Assembly: GCA_004293935.1 (NCBI GenBank)
Contig: RDZH01000011.1
Location: 13,831 to 77,830, forward strand
Direction of reading: 5' to 3'
Source: Alphaproteobacteria bacterium
GTDB taxonomy: Bacteria > Pseudomonadota > Alphaproteobacteria > Rickettsiales > UBA998
Length of the DNA stretch: 64,000 nt
The notes beneath the pieces are model-generated. The model did not search any database. It was given only the letters and a program-made list of their open reading frames with translations, and had not been told where the DNA came from. Shown piece after piece: positions 9,121 through 22,320 of the stretch. The translations under genes were made by a program, and so were the position numbers. Position 1 is the first letter of the stretch, and the number at the start of each line of letters is the position of its first letter.

Positions 9121-10557
9121 ATGGCTCATACAGCATCTGCACCAAACGCGCTGAGTTTTAGAGATAAATTTAAACCCGTCATGATTTCAGGCAAGGAAGT
9201 CTGGGGAATTGTTGAAGGAGGAAAAGGCATTGGCGCAACCAATGGCGCAACCGCAGGGGCATTTGCAGCAGCGGGTGCAGTGGGAACTTTTTCTGGTGTG
9301 AACCCTGAACATTATGATGAACATGGCACGGTGATTCCTTATGCCTACACAAGCACCACGCGCCGTGAACGTCATGAAGAATTGATTGCCATGAGTACGC
9401 AAGGAGCCGTGCAGCAAGCCCAACGTGCCTATGACATTGCAGGTGGCAATGGGCGCATCCATATGAATGTCTTATGGGAAATGGGGGGAGCAGAACGTAT
9501 TTTGGTTGCCACCCTCGAACAAACACGCGGTATGATTCATGGTATCACCTGTGGTGCAGGTATGCCCTATCGCTTAGGGGATATTGCAGCACATTTTGAA
9601 GTCTATTATCACCCGATTGTTTCTTCCGTGCGTGCCTTCCGTGCTTTATGGAAACGCTCTTATTCTAAAAATAAACAATGGCTCGGCGGCGTGGTTTATG
9701 AAGACCCATGGTTAGCAGGTGGGCATAATGGGCTATCTAATAGCGAAGATCCACTGTTACCACAAGACCCCTATCCTCGCGTGGCAGAGATTCGTAGCTT
9801 CATGAATGAAGTCGGCTTGCACCACGTCCCCATCATCATGGCAGGTGGCGCATGGCATTTGAGCGATTGGGAGCATTGGATTGATAATCCTGAAATTGGT
9901 GCTGTTGCCTTTCAATTCGGTACGCGCCCTTTGCTTACCAAAGAAAGTCCAATCTCCGATGCGTGGAAACGTCGTTTGCTCACGCTTAAAGAAGGTGATG
10001 TGTTCCTTAATCGCTTTAGCCCAACGGGGTTTTATTCCTCCGCCGTGAATAATGCGTTTATCCAAGAATTACGCGCCCGCAATGATCGTGAAGTGGCGTA
10101 TGCCACCGCACCCGATGAAGAAAAGACGCACAGCATCCCTTTTGGTCCTCGCAATCGTCCGATTTATATAAGCGCAGCAGATTATAGTCGCGCCCAAGAT
10201 TATATCGCCCAAGGCTATGATGAGTTGATGAAAACGCCTGATGATACCGTCATTTTTGTGACCAAAGAAAAAGCGTTAGAGATTCATCAAGATCAAGTCG
10301 ATTGCATGGGATGCCTCAGCCATTGTCGCTTTAGCAACTGGAAGGATCATGATGATTATACGACAGGGAAAAAAGCCGATCCGCGTAGCTTCTGCATTCA
10401 AAAATCACTGCAGAATATCGTAGGTGGTGGCGATGTCGAACAAAATCTGATGTTCTCTGGGCATAATGCGTTCAAATTCGCACAGGATGCATTCTATGAT
10501 CACGGCTTTATCCCGACGGTTTCAGAATTAGTCGAACGTATCCGCACGGGGTATTAG
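9121..10557 (+). CDS. NMO (nitronate monooxygenase / 2-nitropropane dioxygenase)-family FMN oxidoreductase, long form
   Basis: TIM-barrel NMO-like motifs GITCGAGMPY, PIIMAGGAWH, AVAFQFGTRPL. C-terminal extension with CMGCLSHC. Confidence 0.6.
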   Translation: MAHTASAPNALSFRDKFKPVMISGKEVWGIVEGGKGIGATNGATAGAFAAAGAVGTFSGVNPEHYDEHGTVIPYAYTSTTRRERHEELIAMSTQGAVQQAQRAYDIAGGNGRIHMNVLWEMGGAERILVATLEQTRGMIHGITCGAGMPYRLGDIAAHFEVYYHPIVSSVRAFRALWKRSYSKNKQWLGGVVYEDPWLAGGHNGLSNSEDPLLPQDPYPRVAEIRSFMNEVGLHHVPIIMAGGAWHLSDWEHWIDNPEIGAVAFQFGTRPLLTKESPISDAWKRRLLTLKEGDVFLNRFSPTGFYSSAVNNAFIQELRARNDREVAYATAPDEEKTHSIPFGPRNRPIYISAADYSRAQDYIAQGYDELMKTPDDTVIFVTKEKALEIHQDQVDCMGCLSHCRFSNWKDHDDYTTGKKADPRSFCIQKSLQNIVGGGDVEQNLMFSGHNAFKFAQDAFYDHGFIPTVSELVERIRTGY

Positions 10558-10570
10558 ATTAGGAGGCGCG

Positions 10571-11272
10571 ATGCACTCTCCCCCCCCGCTCCTTCATCAT
10601 ATTTTGGTTGTGGATGATGATGCCCGATTGCGTAGCCTCTTGGCACGCTATCTTGGTGAACATGGGTGGCTTATCACCTGTGCGCGTGATGCTGAAGATG
10701 CCCGTGCAAAGATGGCGTATTTCACCTTTGATTTAATGGTGTTGGATGTGATGATGCCAAAGGAAACTGGTGTGGAGTTCACCAAATCATTACGAAGCCA
10801 AGGAAGCACCATCCCCATTGTCATGCTCACGGCAATGAGTGAAGGGCATGAACGTGTGCAAGGCTTAGAAGTAGGCGCGGATGATTACCTTACCAAACCC
10901 TTTGAACCTAAAGAATTAGTGCTGCGTATCCATAATCTTATCCAGCGCGTGGCGCGCACCAAACCACGTGATCCGCATATTCAGTTCGGTGCGTTTCGCT
11001 TGAATATGACACATAAACGCCTGACGCTACATGAACAGGCGGTACACCTGACTGAAAGTGAAATGCATCTATTGATCATCCTCGCGCAATCACTCAACCA
11101 GACAGTATCACGCGAAAGCCTATGTGATGCCTTAACGCCGCAAGGAGAAGACCCCAATCCACGTAGCATTGACGTGCTGATCACACGCCTACGCAAAAAA
11201 ATCGAAGTCGATCCGTCTCGCCCAACAATCATTCACACAGTGCGCGGTGAAGGCTATGCCCTACGAGGATAA
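10571..11272 (+). CDS. ompR: OmpR-family response regulator
   Basis: Close to E. coli OmpR over the receiver domain (ILVVDDDARLRSLLARYLGEHGW...LMVLDVMMP...GADDYLTKPFEPKELVLRI). Winged-helix end VRGEGYALR. Confidence 0.85.
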   Translation: MHSPPPLLHHILVVDDDARLRSLLARYLGEHGWLITCARDAEDARAKMAYFTFDLMVLDVMMPKETGVEFTKSLRSQGSTIPIVMLTAMSEGHERVQGLEVGADDYLTKPFEPKELVLRIHNLIQRVARTKPRDPHIQFGAFRLNMTHKRLTLHEQAVHLTESEMHLLIILAQSLNQTVSRESLCDALTPQGEDPNPRSIDVLITRLRKKIEVDPSRPTIIHTVRGEGYALRG

Positions 11273-11278
11273 CAAGCG

Positions 11279-12625
11279 ATGAATCCCTATCCTTGGATGA
11301 CCAAAAGGCTAAAGCGATTTATGCCCCCCACCTTGTTTGGGCGTGCGCTGTTGATTTTAGTGCTACCCACCATTCTTTTGCAAATCCTTGCCATTACCGT
11401 TTTTTTTGATCATCATTGGGGCAGTATTCAACGGCATTTATCCTCATCTTTGGCTGGGGAAGTATCCGTGGTTGTGGAACGCGCCATCCGCACGCCACTA
11501 GAGCAACGTGATTATGCCTTGGCACTTTATGGCAAAATGATGAATATGCGCATTCGGCTCTTGCCCCATCCACTCAACCGCGAACGTCACGATAAACAAC
11601 GTTATAAAATCTATGCCTATGAACTCAAACAACGTTTGCATCTACCCTTTAGTATTTATGCACTGCCCACCCATGAGATGATCCGCACACAAGTCGCACT
11701 TCCTGAACAAATATTGCAAATTGATGTTGGGATGAAACGCCTAGAAAGCTCTACTACTTCGATTTTCGTCTATTGGCTTGTCTGCTCAGCAGGATTACTC
11801 ACCCTGATTGCAGGTTTATTTTTGCGGGGGCAGATTCGCCCCATCACCCAACTTGCTGATGCAGCAGAACGCTTTGGTATGGGGCAGAATGTCGGAGATT
11901 TTCGCCCATCCGGGGCATTAGAAGTACGCACCGCTGGCAAGGCTTTTGTCGTGATGCGGGCGCGTATATTACGACAAATATCGACGCGTACTGCCATGCT
12001 TACAGGCATATCGCATGATTTACGCACGCCCTTAACGCGCCTAAAATTGCAATGCGCGATGATGAAAGAAACTGAAGATAGCCGTGCGATGCTGCTTGAT
12101 ATTGATGAAATGGATGCCATGCTCACCGAATATCTTGAGTTTGCGCGTGGCAATGATGAAAGCGTCCCCAGCGAACCTATCGACATCGCGCCATGGTTGC
12201 GTGGCATTGTGCAGAGCTATATAAGCACAGGCGCATCCGTGAGTTGCTCTTTGCGTCATACCGCAACGCTATGGCTACGCCCTTTGCAAATGAAACGCGC
12301 CGTTGAGAACATCATCAATAATGCCTTAAAATATGGGCAGAGATGCCATATTTCTATCGAATTATCCGACCATTGGCTGACCATCCTCTTTCACGATGCA
12401 GGCGATGGCATCCCCGAAGAAGCCATGGAGGAAATGTTTCGCCCCTTCACCCGCATGGAAGATTCACGCAATCATAGTACGGGTGGTGTAGGGCTAGGGC
12501 TAGCCATTAGCCGTGATATTGTGCAAGCGCATGGCGGAAAAATTATGCTCCGCAATCAAATGACACGCGAGGGGATTGTCGATGGTTTGATTGTGTCTGT
12601 TACTTTGCCACTTTCTAGGCTTTAA
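11279..12625 (+). CDS. envZ: EnvZ-like sensor histidine kinase
   Basis: Two TM segments, a HAMP-like region, H-box ISHDLRTPLTRL, N-box NIINNALKYG, G-boxes DAGDGI and GGVGLGLAI. Lies 6 nt downstream of the regulator. Confidence 0.8.
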   Translation: MNPYPWMTKRLKRFMPPTLFGRALLILVLPTILLQILAITVFFDHHWGSIQRHLSSSLAGEVSVVVERAIRTPLEQRDYALALYGKMMNMRIRLLPHPLNRERHDKQRYKIYAYELKQRLHLPFSIYALPTHEMIRTQVALPEQILQIDVGMKRLESSTTSIFVYWLVCSAGLLTLIAGLFLRGQIRPITQLADAAERFGMGQNVGDFRPSGALEVRTAGKAFVVMRARILRQISTRTAMLTGISHDLRTPLTRLKLQCAMMKETEDSRAMLLDIDEMDAMLTEYLEFARGNDESVPSEPIDIAPWLRGIVQSYISTGASVSCSLRHTATLWLRPLQMKRAVENIINNALKYGQRCHISIELSDHWLTILFHDAGDGIPEEAMEEMFRPFTRMEDSRNHSTGGVGLGLAISRDIVQAHGGKIMLRNQMTREGIVDGLIVSVTLPLSRL

Positions 12626-12640
12626 GAAGCTATCCAAAAA

Positions 12641-12670
12641 CGCATCATGCCTGCGTAGGCAGGCATGACG
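12641..12670. repeat. Short palindromic intergenic repeat (family 1, GC-variant)
   Basis: CGCATCATGCCTGCGTAGGCAGGCATGACG. 10-bp stems TCATGCCTGC/GCAGGCATGA, between the convergent envZ and lpdA ends. Confidence 0.85.
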
Positions 12671-12719
12671 AATTTATTGGTTTTATACAAGAGGTCTCTT
12701 GTAGAATCTGCCACGATTC

Positions 12720-14120
12720 TTACATATGAATCACTTTACCATAGGCATCAAGTACAGCCTCATGCATCATCTCCGATAATGTCGGATGCGGGAAAATGGT
12801 ATGCATCAAATCAAGCTCGGTGCTTTCCAACGTTTTCGCAATACCATAACCTTGGATCATCTCCGTCACTTCTGCACCCACCATATGCGCGCCCAAAAGC
12901 TCACCTGTTTTTTCGTCAAAAATCGTCTTGACTAAGCCCTCAGGTTCACCCAAAGCAATGGCTTTACCGTTGCCCATAAACGAGAAACGTCCGATTTTCA
13001 CTTTATAGCCTTTTTCTTTCGCAGCACGCTCGGTTAAGCCAACGCTTGCAACTTGCGGACGGCAATAGGTACATCCCGGAATATTTTCAACCTTAAGAGG
13101 ATGAATATCCTTGAGTCCTGCGATTTTCTCTATGCATAATACGCCTTCATGGCTTGCTTTATGCGCCAACCACGGCGCACCAACGACATCCCCAATCGCA
13201 TAGACGTTGGGTTCATCGGTTTCACACCATTTATTGATGACAATATGTCCGCGATCGACTTTCACTTTGGTTTTATCAAGACCAAGTTTTTCCGTATTAC
13301 CGGTAATCCCGACCGCCATAATCACGCGCTCAACGGTAATTTCTTCGGTTTTCCCGTCTTTTTCCAACGTTACCGTGACATTATTTTTGCCTTTTTTGAA
13401 GGATTTGACATTGGTTTTGGTACGAATCTGCATTCCTTGTGCTTCAAATTGCTTCTGCACAAATTTAGAAATTTCATCATCTTCCACAGGAAGAACACGA
13501 TCTTGCACTTCTATCAATGTGACTTTTGATCCCATATTGAGGTAGAAACTCGCAAACTCCGAACCGATTGCCCCTGATCCCACTACAAGAATAGAGTTTG
13601 GCAGCTCTTTCGGTGTCATCGCTTCTTTGTACGTCCAAATCAATTCACCATCTGGTTCAAGATTCGGCAATACACGTGCGCGTGCGCCCGATGCAATGAT
13701 AATGTTTTTTGCAGAAACGTCCGCCACTTTCGCGCCGTCTTTTTCTACTTTAAGCTGCAACTTGCCCGTGAACGATGCATGACCATCAATCACCGTGACT
13801 TTATTCTTTTTCATCAAATGGCTAATGCCCTTGGTGAGTTGCTTGGATACACCGCGTGAACGTTCAATCACTTTAGCGAAATCAAACTTAATATCCTTCG
13901 CACTAAAACCATACTGATCCAACGAGTGCAGAAGATGATTAATCTCCGAGCATTTCAGCAATGCTTTGGTGGGGATACATCCCCAATTCAAGCAAATACC
14001 GCCCATATGCTCACGTTCAATTACCGCCGTTTTCATCCCTAATTGCGCAGCGCGGATGGCGGCCACATAGCCCCCAGGTCCCCCGCCAATAATTACTACG
14101 TCATACTGATCTGCCATCAT
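12720..14120 (-). CDS. lpdA: Dihydrolipoyl dehydrogenase (E3)
   Basis: FAD motif VVIIGGGPGGYVAAIRAAQLG, redox-active GGICLNWGCIPTK, NAD motif VGSGAIGSEFA, C-terminal HPTLSE. Confidence 0.92.
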   Translation of the reverse strand: MMADQYDVVIIGGGPGGYVAAIRAAQLGMKTAVIEREHMGGICLNWGCIPTKALLKCSEINHLLHSLDQYGFSAKDIKFDFAKVIERSRGVSKQLTKGISHLMKKNKVTVIDGHASFTGKLQLKVEKDGAKVADVSAKNIIIASGARARVLPNLEPDGELIWTYKEAMTPKELPNSILVVGSGAIGSEFASFYLNMGSKVTLIEVQDRVLPVEDDEISKFVQKQFEAQGMQIRTKTNVKSFKKGKNNVTVTLEKDGKTEEITVERVIMAVGITGNTEKLGLDKTKVKVDRGHIVINKWCETDEPNVYAIGDVVGAPWLAHKASHEGVLCIEKIAGLKDIHPLKVENIPGCTYCRPQVASVGLTERAAKEKGYKVKIGRFSFMGNGKAIALGEPEGLVKTIFDEKTGELLGAHMVGAEVTEMIQGYGIAKTLESTELDLMHTIFPHPTLSEMMHEAVLDAYGKVIHM

Positions 14121-14127
14121 ACTCTCC

Positions 14128-15396
14128 TTACACCAACATCATCACAGGTTGCTCGATATATTTTTTGAATGCGCCGAGGAACTCCGCACCCACCGCACCA
14201 TCAACCACACGGTGATCGCATGAGAGTGTCACATTCATCTTAGTCACCGCAACGAACGCGCCGCGTTTCACGACCACAGATTCTTCCCCTGCGCCAATAG
14301 CCAAAATACAGCCCTGCGGAGGATTCACAATCGCATTAAAACTCTTAATTCCATACATGCCTAAATTAGAAATAGAGAAGCCACCGCCTTGATATTCTGA
14401 AGGCTGCAACTTACCAGCACGCGCCCGCGCAATGAGGTCTTTCGCTTCATTTGAAATCTGCGCCAAACCTTTTTGATCAGCATTTTTGACGATAGGCGTA
14501 ATGAGTCCACCTTCCAATGCCACAGCAACGGAAATATCCACATTGTTAAATTGACGAATCGCCGCTTCTGTCCATGATGCATTGGCTGCTGGCACATCGC
14601 GCAACGCCATCGCCACCGCTTTGATCACCATATCATTGACGGAGAGTTTATAGGCAGGCTTGCCATCTTTTCCCGCCACTGCCACCGCTTGATCATTGAG
14701 CATGGTGCGCGTAGCAAGCAACTGATCCAACTCGCAATCCAAGGATAGATAAAAATGCGGCACTTGTTGCTTTGATTCTGTCAAGCGTTTCGCAATAGTT
14801 TTGCGCATACCTGAGTTTGGAATCTCTATAAATTCTTGTGGGTTACGCCCCGCAAATGCCATAGCAATCGGGGTGGATGCAGTAGCAGATGGCGTAGCAC
14901 GCTTGGCTTCTTCGACATCTGCTTTAATGATACGTCCGTGTGGTCCTGTACCTTGCACATGCGTTAAATCAACGCCCTCTTGGTGTGCGATACGACGCGC
15001 AAGTGGACTTGCTGCCACTCTTTGCCCGTCTGTTGCATGAGCTGGTTGCTCTGCTGGTGCAGGTGCTGCACTCGCCGCAGGGGCAGCAGTGGCAACCACA
15101 GGCGCGCTGGCACTGCTCGCGCTTTGATAGCCTTCTACCGCACTTTTATCTTCACCTTCTGCAAGAATAAGGGCGATGAGCTTGTTCACAGGCACAGCTT
15201 CCGTACCTTCGGCAATCAGAATAGCACCCAAAATGCCTTCATCCACAGCCTCGACTTCCATCGTCGCTTTATCCGTTTCAATCTCAGCAATCACTTCTCC
15301 TGAACGGATGGGATCACCTACGTTTTTTATCCATTTTGCAAGCGTACCTTCCGTCATGGTCGGCGAAAGTGCAGGCATTAAAATCTCTATTGGCAT
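14128..15396 (-). CDS. pdhC: Pyruvate dehydrogenase E2, dihydrolipoamide acetyltransferase
   Basis: Lipoyl domain (EIETDKATMEVEA), Ala/Pro linker, E3-binding ASPLARRIA, catalytic DHRVVDGA. Confidence 0.92.
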   Translation of the reverse strand: MPIEILMPALSPTMTEGTLAKWIKNVGDPIRSGEVIAEIETDKATMEVEAVDEGILGAILIAEGTEAVPVNKLIALILAEGEDKSAVEGYQSASSASAPVVATAAPAASAAPAPAEQPAHATDGQRVAASPLARRIAHQEGVDLTHVQGTGPHGRIIKADVEEAKRATPSATASTPIAMAFAGRNPQEFIEIPNSGMRKTIAKRLTESKQQVPHFYLSLDCELDQLLATRTMLNDQAVAVAGKDGKPAYKLSVNDMVIKAVAMALRDVPAANASWTEAAIRQFNNVDISVAVALEGGLITPIVKNADQKGLAQISNEAKDLIARARAGKLQPSEYQGGGFSISNLGMYGIKSFNAIVNPPQGCILAIGAGEESVVVKRGAFVAVTKMNVTLSCDHRVVDGAVGAEFLGAFKKYIEQPVMMLV

Positions 15397-15419
15397 GATA
15401 TGTCACTCCTTGTATATTT

Positions 15420-16172
15420 TTAATCTTTTAATTCATAAATTACTGAAACTTGCGCCTTCACATCGAGCGTACCCATCGGCGGCTGTTGCCCCGCTGATGC
15501 ATCACCCGCATAACCCATTTCAGCACCCGCACTTTTCATAAGCATCGGAGCTGCCATAATGGGCGCATTCTGATAGACTTGTTGTTCTTGAATGTTGGTA
15601 GGATTCCCCAAAATACGCCCCCCTGCCTGTGCAAGTAAGGCTGCTTTTGCACGCGCATCCATCATCGCTTTCATTAAGGCTTGATGGGTGATGGTTTCAT
15701 CATCTTCAAGGGCATAGCCAACATGATGAATGCGATCCACCCCTGCACCAACCAATTTTTGGATCAAACCGCCCATATGCTCTAGCTTGTGAACACGCAC
15801 ATGCACATCATAGAGTGCTTCATAAGAAAGCAGCGTTCTGCGCCCCTGTTCATGGTACTGAAAAGTTGGCTGCACACGCAAGCCCGTCGTGCGCACATCG
15901 GCATCATCAATCGATAATTCCTTAAGTACCGCCTTCACTTTGCGCAACAAACTATCCGCACGTGATTTTGCCTCGTGTAACTCTTTAGCATCACCAAACA
16001 CGGTAAAATCTACAAAAGCAACATCAGGCACGGCTTTCACCGTATGTTCACCCGTCACATGCACCACATTACGCCCGAAAGGCTCAGATGCCCATGCACT
16101 TGCCCATGCATTTGATAGATTCACAAGGCACAGTGCCATAATACAATAAAATCTATTCCTCACGATGCGCAC
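15420..16172 (-). CDS. SIMPL/DUF541 (BP26/OMP28-like) periplasmic protein
   Basis: Signal peptide, then VTGEHTVKAVPDVAFVDFTV...RVQPTFQY and C-terminal VKAQVSVIYEL, typical of SIMPL-domain proteins. Start could be 16172 or 16139. Confidence 0.6.
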   Translation of the reverse strand: MRIVRNRFYCIMALCLVNLSNAWASAWASEPFGRNVVHVTGEHTVKAVPDVAFVDFTVFGDAKELHEAKSRADSLLRKVKAVLKELSIDDADVRTTGLRVQPTFQYHEQGRRTLLSYEALYDVHVRVHKLEHMGGLIQKLVGAGVDRIHHVGYALEDDETITHQALMKAMMDARAKAALLAQAGGRILGNPTNIQEQQVYQNAPIMAAPMLMKSAGAEMGYAGDASAGQQPPMGTLDVKAQVSVIYELKD

Positions 16173-16540
16173 TTGCCTCTTGTGGGTAGAGTTTTTGTAT
16201 TAATCCGCACATCATAGCCAAGGCTACGCGCCTTATCCCATAATGCATAAGCAGCATCATTATTGGGCAATGCATAGCTTGCTCTCGCTTGAAGCACCAT
16301 ACGCGTACCTTCGGTGCGTAGCAACATATTCGCACTAGGAGACACCTCAGCAAGCCCCGTCATCTGCGCCAACATCTCCTCGTGCAGTTTGCGTGCTGCC
16401 ACAAGATCAGCAACATAATCACGCTTAGAAAGAAGAAGTTGATATGAAATTTTCGGCTCACATGAGGGTTTAGCTTTGGTTGCTGCCCATACAGAAGATG
16501 CAGCTACCACCATGATCAGTCCCAAGAATAATCCACGCAT
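16160..16540 (-). CDS. Hypothetical small secreted protein
   Basis: ATG at 16540 shares one base with the pdhB TAA (TAATG). Signal peptide [19 protein letters not shown]. No family recognised. Confidence 0.45.
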   Translation of the reverse strand: MRGLFLGLIMVVAASSVWAATKAKPSCEPKISYQLLLSKRDYVADLVAARKLHEEMLAQMTGLAEVSPSANMLLRTEGTRMVLQARASYALPNNDAAYALWDKARSLGYDVRINTKTLPTRGKCAS

Positions 16541-17532
16541 TACGCCGCCACCTTGCGATAAGTAATATCACGCACCGCTTGCACAATATCTTTTTCTTGT
16601 GGCAAAGCCAACCGTTCAAGATTCGCAGCATAGGGCAATGGCACATCCACCCCACATACGCGCATCACAGGAGCATCCAACCAATCAAAGCATTGTTCAT
16701 TAATGATGGCTGCAATCTCCGATCCCATACCCGCTACTGGCCAACCTTCCTCGACCGAGAGGCAACGGTTCGTTTTCTTCACTGACGCGACAATCGTTTC
16801 AATATCCAATGGGCGCAATGTACGCAAATCAATCACTTCTGCATCAATGTCTTCCTTAGCGAGTTCTTCCGCTGCCCGAAGTGCCTTACCAACCATGATC
16901 GAAAAGGTCACAATGGTAACATCCGCACCTGCGCGTTTCACCGCTGCTTTGCCTAAAGGCACGATATAATCTTCATCATCAGGCACATCGAATTTTTCAC
17001 CATAGAGCAATTCATTTTCCAAGAAAATGACAGGGTTCGGATCACGAATGGCAGCTTTGAGCAAGCCTTTTGCATCCGCGCTATCATAGGGGGCTACTAC
17101 TTTTAATCCCGGAATATGGGCATACCAGCTAGCATAACATTGAGAATGTTGCGCGCCCACACGTGAGGCAGCACCATTAGGACCACGAAACACCATCGGG
17201 CAACGTATTTGTCCGCCCGACATATAATGTGTTTTTGCTGCGGAATTGATGATATGATCAATCGCCTGCATCCCAAAGTTCCATGTCATGAATTCCACCA
17301 CAGGCTTTAAGCCCGTCATCGCCGCACCGACCGCAAGCCCTGCAAAACCATGTTCGGTAATAGGGGTATCAATGACGCGATGCTCCCCAAACTCGGCAAG
17401 CAAGCCTTCTGTTACTTTATACGCACCTTGATATTCCGCTACTTCTTCTCCCATCACCAACACATCAGGATCACGGCGCATTTCTTCTGCCATAGCATCA
17501 CGCAACGCCACACGCACTGTTTGTTCTGTCAT
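16540..17532 (-). CDS. pdhB: Pyruvate dehydrogenase E1 beta subunit
   Basis: Typical E1-beta sequence ([13 protein letters not shown]-like N-terminus, [11 protein letters not shown], transketolase C-terminal domain). 330 aa, no fused lipoyl domain. Confidence 0.92.
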   Translation of the reverse strand: MTEQTVRVALRDAMAEEMRRDPDVLVMGEEVAEYQGAYKVTEGLLAEFGEHRVIDTPITEHGFAGLAVGAAMTGLKPVVEFMTWNFGMQAIDHIINSAAKTHYMSGGQIRCPMVFRGPNGAASRVGAQHSQCYASWYAHIPGLKVVAPYDSADAKGLLKAAIRDPNPVIFLENELLYGEKFDVPDDEDYIVPLGKAAVKRAGADVTIVTFSIMVGKALRAAEELAKEDIDAEVIDLRTLRPLDIETIVASVKKTNRCLSVEEGWPVAGMGSEIAAIINEQCFDWLDAPVMRVCGVDVPLPYAANLERLALPQEKDIVQAVRDITYRKVAA

Positions 17533-17536
17533 ATAT

Positions 17537-18547
17537 TTATTCTCCTACCAACACATGGGTCCATAATTCTGATTCATCAGGCTCAGGGGATGTTTTCGCA
17601 AACTCGGCTGCTTCATTCACCACCTCTTTGACATCACGTTCAATTTCTTTGAGGCTATCTTCGGTTGCGATACCCTCGGCAATCATCCATTCTTTCAATG
17701 AATTGATCGGGTCTTTTTGATCTTTATAAGTCTGCACTTCTTCTTTAGAGCGGTATTTCGCCGGATCAGACATAGAATGCCCACGGTAACGGTATGTTTT
17801 CATCTCCAACAAATACGGACCATTGCCCGCACGCACATAATCACAGACTTCACGCGCCACACGCGCCACTTCCAGCACATCCATACCATTGACTTGTCGC
17901 CCCGGAATGCCAAACGGTTCACCACGACGGAAGAACTCCGTGTTTGAACTTGCACGCTTCGTTGACGTACCCATGCCATATTCATTATTTTCAATGATGA
18001 ACACGACGGGCAATTTCCACAATGCTGCCATGTTGAATGCTTCATAGACTTGCCCTTGGTTCGCAGCACCATCACCAAAATAGGTAAGTGAAATGAAATT
18101 ATTGCCACGATATTGATTGGCAAACGCAATACCCGCACCAATCGGCACAGATGCACCCACAATACCATGCCCACCATAGAAATTTTTCTCCATAGAGAAC
18201 ATGTGCATTGAGCCACCCTTACCTTTGGAATAACCATCAGTACGCCCTGTAAGCTCTGCCATCACGCCACGCGCTTCCATACCTGCTGCAAGCATATGCC
18301 CATGATCACGATAGGTTGTCACCACGGCATCGCCATCCACCAATGCGGATTGCATCCCCACCACAACGGCTTCTTGCCCAATATATAAATGACAAAATCC
18401 CCCGATAAGCCCCATACCATAAAGCTGACCTGCTTTTTCTTCAAAGCGACGTATCAGCATCATATCCTGATAAAGCTTATGCAAAACTTCAGGAGACGGT
18501 ACAGACTCAAGGTGAATATTTTCTGATTGTTGTTTTTTTCCAGCCAT
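17537..18547 (-). CDS. pdhA: Pyruvate dehydrogenase E1 alpha subunit
   Basis: [33 protein letters not shown] and the ThDP motif [11 protein letters not shown] at 18547 follows GAGGAA. The track start at 18613 lies upstream of a plausible promoter. Confidence 0.9.
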   Translation of the reverse strand: MAGKKQQSENIHLESVPSPEVLHKLYQDMMLIRRFEEKAGQLYGMGLIGGFCHLYIGQEAVVVGMQSALVDGDAVVTTYRDHGHMLAAGMEARGVMAELTGRTDGYSKGKGGSMHMFSMEKNFYGGHGIVGASVPIGAGIAFANQYRGNNFISLTYFGDGAANQGQVYEAFNMAALWKLPVVFIIENNEYGMGTSTKRASSNTEFFRRGEPFGIPGRQVNGMDVLEVARVAREVCDYVRAGNGPYLLEMKTYRYRGHSMSDPAKYRSKEEVQTYKDQKDPINSLKEWMIAEGIATEDSLKEIERDVKEVVNEAAEFAKTSPEPDESELWTHVLVGE

Positions 18548-18611
18548 TAGTTCCTCTGCATCACATACGCGGCATGAATCGCTACCATGCCTACGCAAAA
18601 AATCAGAATGC

Positions 18612-18639
18612 ATTATGGCAGGAGTCCTTATTTTTGCAA
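18612..18639 (-). promoter_or_regulatory. Putative sigma-70-type promoter for the pdh operon
   Basis: Minus strand TTGCAA (18639-18634), 16 nt spacer, CATAAT (18617-18612), about 60 nt upstream of the pdhA ATG. Pattern match only. Confidence 0.3.
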
Positions 18640-18719
18640 CCGTAAAAATACGGTGTATGTGATTTTCTGCCTAAAAATTGCGTCATTGCAACAGTAGAGC
18701 AGATCAGCACCAAAAAGCG

Positions 18720-19028
18720 TTAATGAACCATCATGATTTCGTGGGATTTTGCCATCATAAGTTGACGCTTTGCTAATTCTTCTAGCAAATCTTCATCAAT
18801 CTCTTTGCCCGTCAACAGATCAATACGATGCTCTAAGCGCATACGCTGCTCATAGGTTGCCTGAATATCATGGCGCAATTTTGCCTGTTTGTGTTCCTCA
18901 GTAAGAAACCCATTAATGCCTTGCGCACCATGCAACGTATGAAACGCGACATAACATAAGACTGCTATGCCTATGATGGTGCGGATTTTCATCGGTCGAA
19001 TGCGTTTGAGAGTAGAACCACATACCAT
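18720..19028 (-). CDS. ftsB: Septum formation initiator FtsB/DivIC-like
   Basis: Single N-terminal TM (IIGIAVLCYVAFHTL) followed by a coiled coil. Conserved eno-ftsB-pdhA position. Start is ambiguous (19028 or 18992). Confidence 0.6.
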   Translation of the reverse strand: MVCGSTLKRIRPMKIRTIIGIAVLCYVAFHTLHGAQGINGFLTEEHKQAKLRHDIQATYEQRMRLEHRIDLLTGKEIDEDLLEELAKRQLMMAKSHEIMMVH

Positions 19029-19086
19029 GATTCTACTCTGCGCCCACTCTGCACCAAACGCAAGAAGATTATGCATCGGACTCATA

Positions 19087-21229
<2,143 letters not shown>

Positions 21230-21230
<1 letters not shown>

Positions 21231-22222
21231 TATTCTTTCAACAATCCAGCTTCAATATAATAGCGTTTCGCGCCCTCATGCAACGGAGCAATCAGACCAT
21301 TAGAAATCATATCTTCTTTTTTCAGATGCGCCAACACGGGGTGAGTGATTTTGAAATTTTCAAAATTCTCAAATACTGATTTCACAAAAAGATAAACCAA
21401 CTCATCATCCACTTTTGCAGAGGATACAATCGTGGCTTTCACGCCATAGGTTGGAATATCATTAGGATTATCAATATACATATTCCCCGGAATAATCGCA
21501 TTGGCATAATAAGAATGACGCTTGAGCAAACTATTGACAGCATCACCAACAACAGGCACAATCACCGCATCACATGCAGACGTTACTTCTTGAATAGCAC
21601 CGTTGGGATGCCCTGTATTAAAAGCAAAGGCATCAATTTCATTATCGCATAATTTTTGCGCCTGCTCCGTGACTTTAAATTCCGTTGCTTGCTTGAAGAT
21701 ATTTTTGCTCCAGCCTTTCACGTGCATCAGCTCCTCAATGGTTGAGCGCGTACCTGAACCCAAATTGCCGATATTAAATCTTTTGCCCTTCAAATCATCC
21801 AATGATTTAATGTTGGCATCACGGCGCGCAACAATAGTAAGTGCTTCACTATGCAGCGAAAATACGGAACGCAAATCTTTATCCGTGCCTAAATCAGCAA
21901 ACACCCCCTCACCTTTATAATCAGCATCTTGCCAATCAGATTGTGCAAAAGCAAAATCAAGCTGCCCCTGACGTAAGGAATTGAGGTTGTAAATCGACCC
22001 GCCCGTAGATTCTACGGAACAACGAACTCCATGATCTTTCACCTTACGATTAATGAAGCGACACACCGTACCGCCAACAGGATAATAGACCCCTGTGACA
22101 CCGCCCGTGCCGAATTTAATCAGCTTTTCTTCCGCACGCACATGAACACTGGTGAGCGAAACCATAGCCACAGCTCCCAAAACCACAATATTTTTGATAC
22201 ACTTTTTCGTTGTATGACGCAT
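21230..22222 (-). CDS. TAXI-family TRAP transporter solute-binding protein
   Basis: Signal peptide, then [15 protein letters not shown] and the overall TAXI-like pattern. No adjacent TRAP membrane component in the window. Confidence 0.7.
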
Positions 22223-22320
22223 ATAATAGAATCCCTAAGGTATTTTTTTCTGAGCCTAACAGAACATAAACGAACTGACAAGCAATTCCTTCATTCTTCG
22301 GTGCTTTTTTGTTGCTCTTC

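Noticed and set aside
18581-18600. Possible half-copy of the family-1 repeat (CATGCCTACGCAAAAAATC) upstream of pdhA
   Set aside because: Only one arm is recognisable and there is no complementary arm. It is too degenerate to count.
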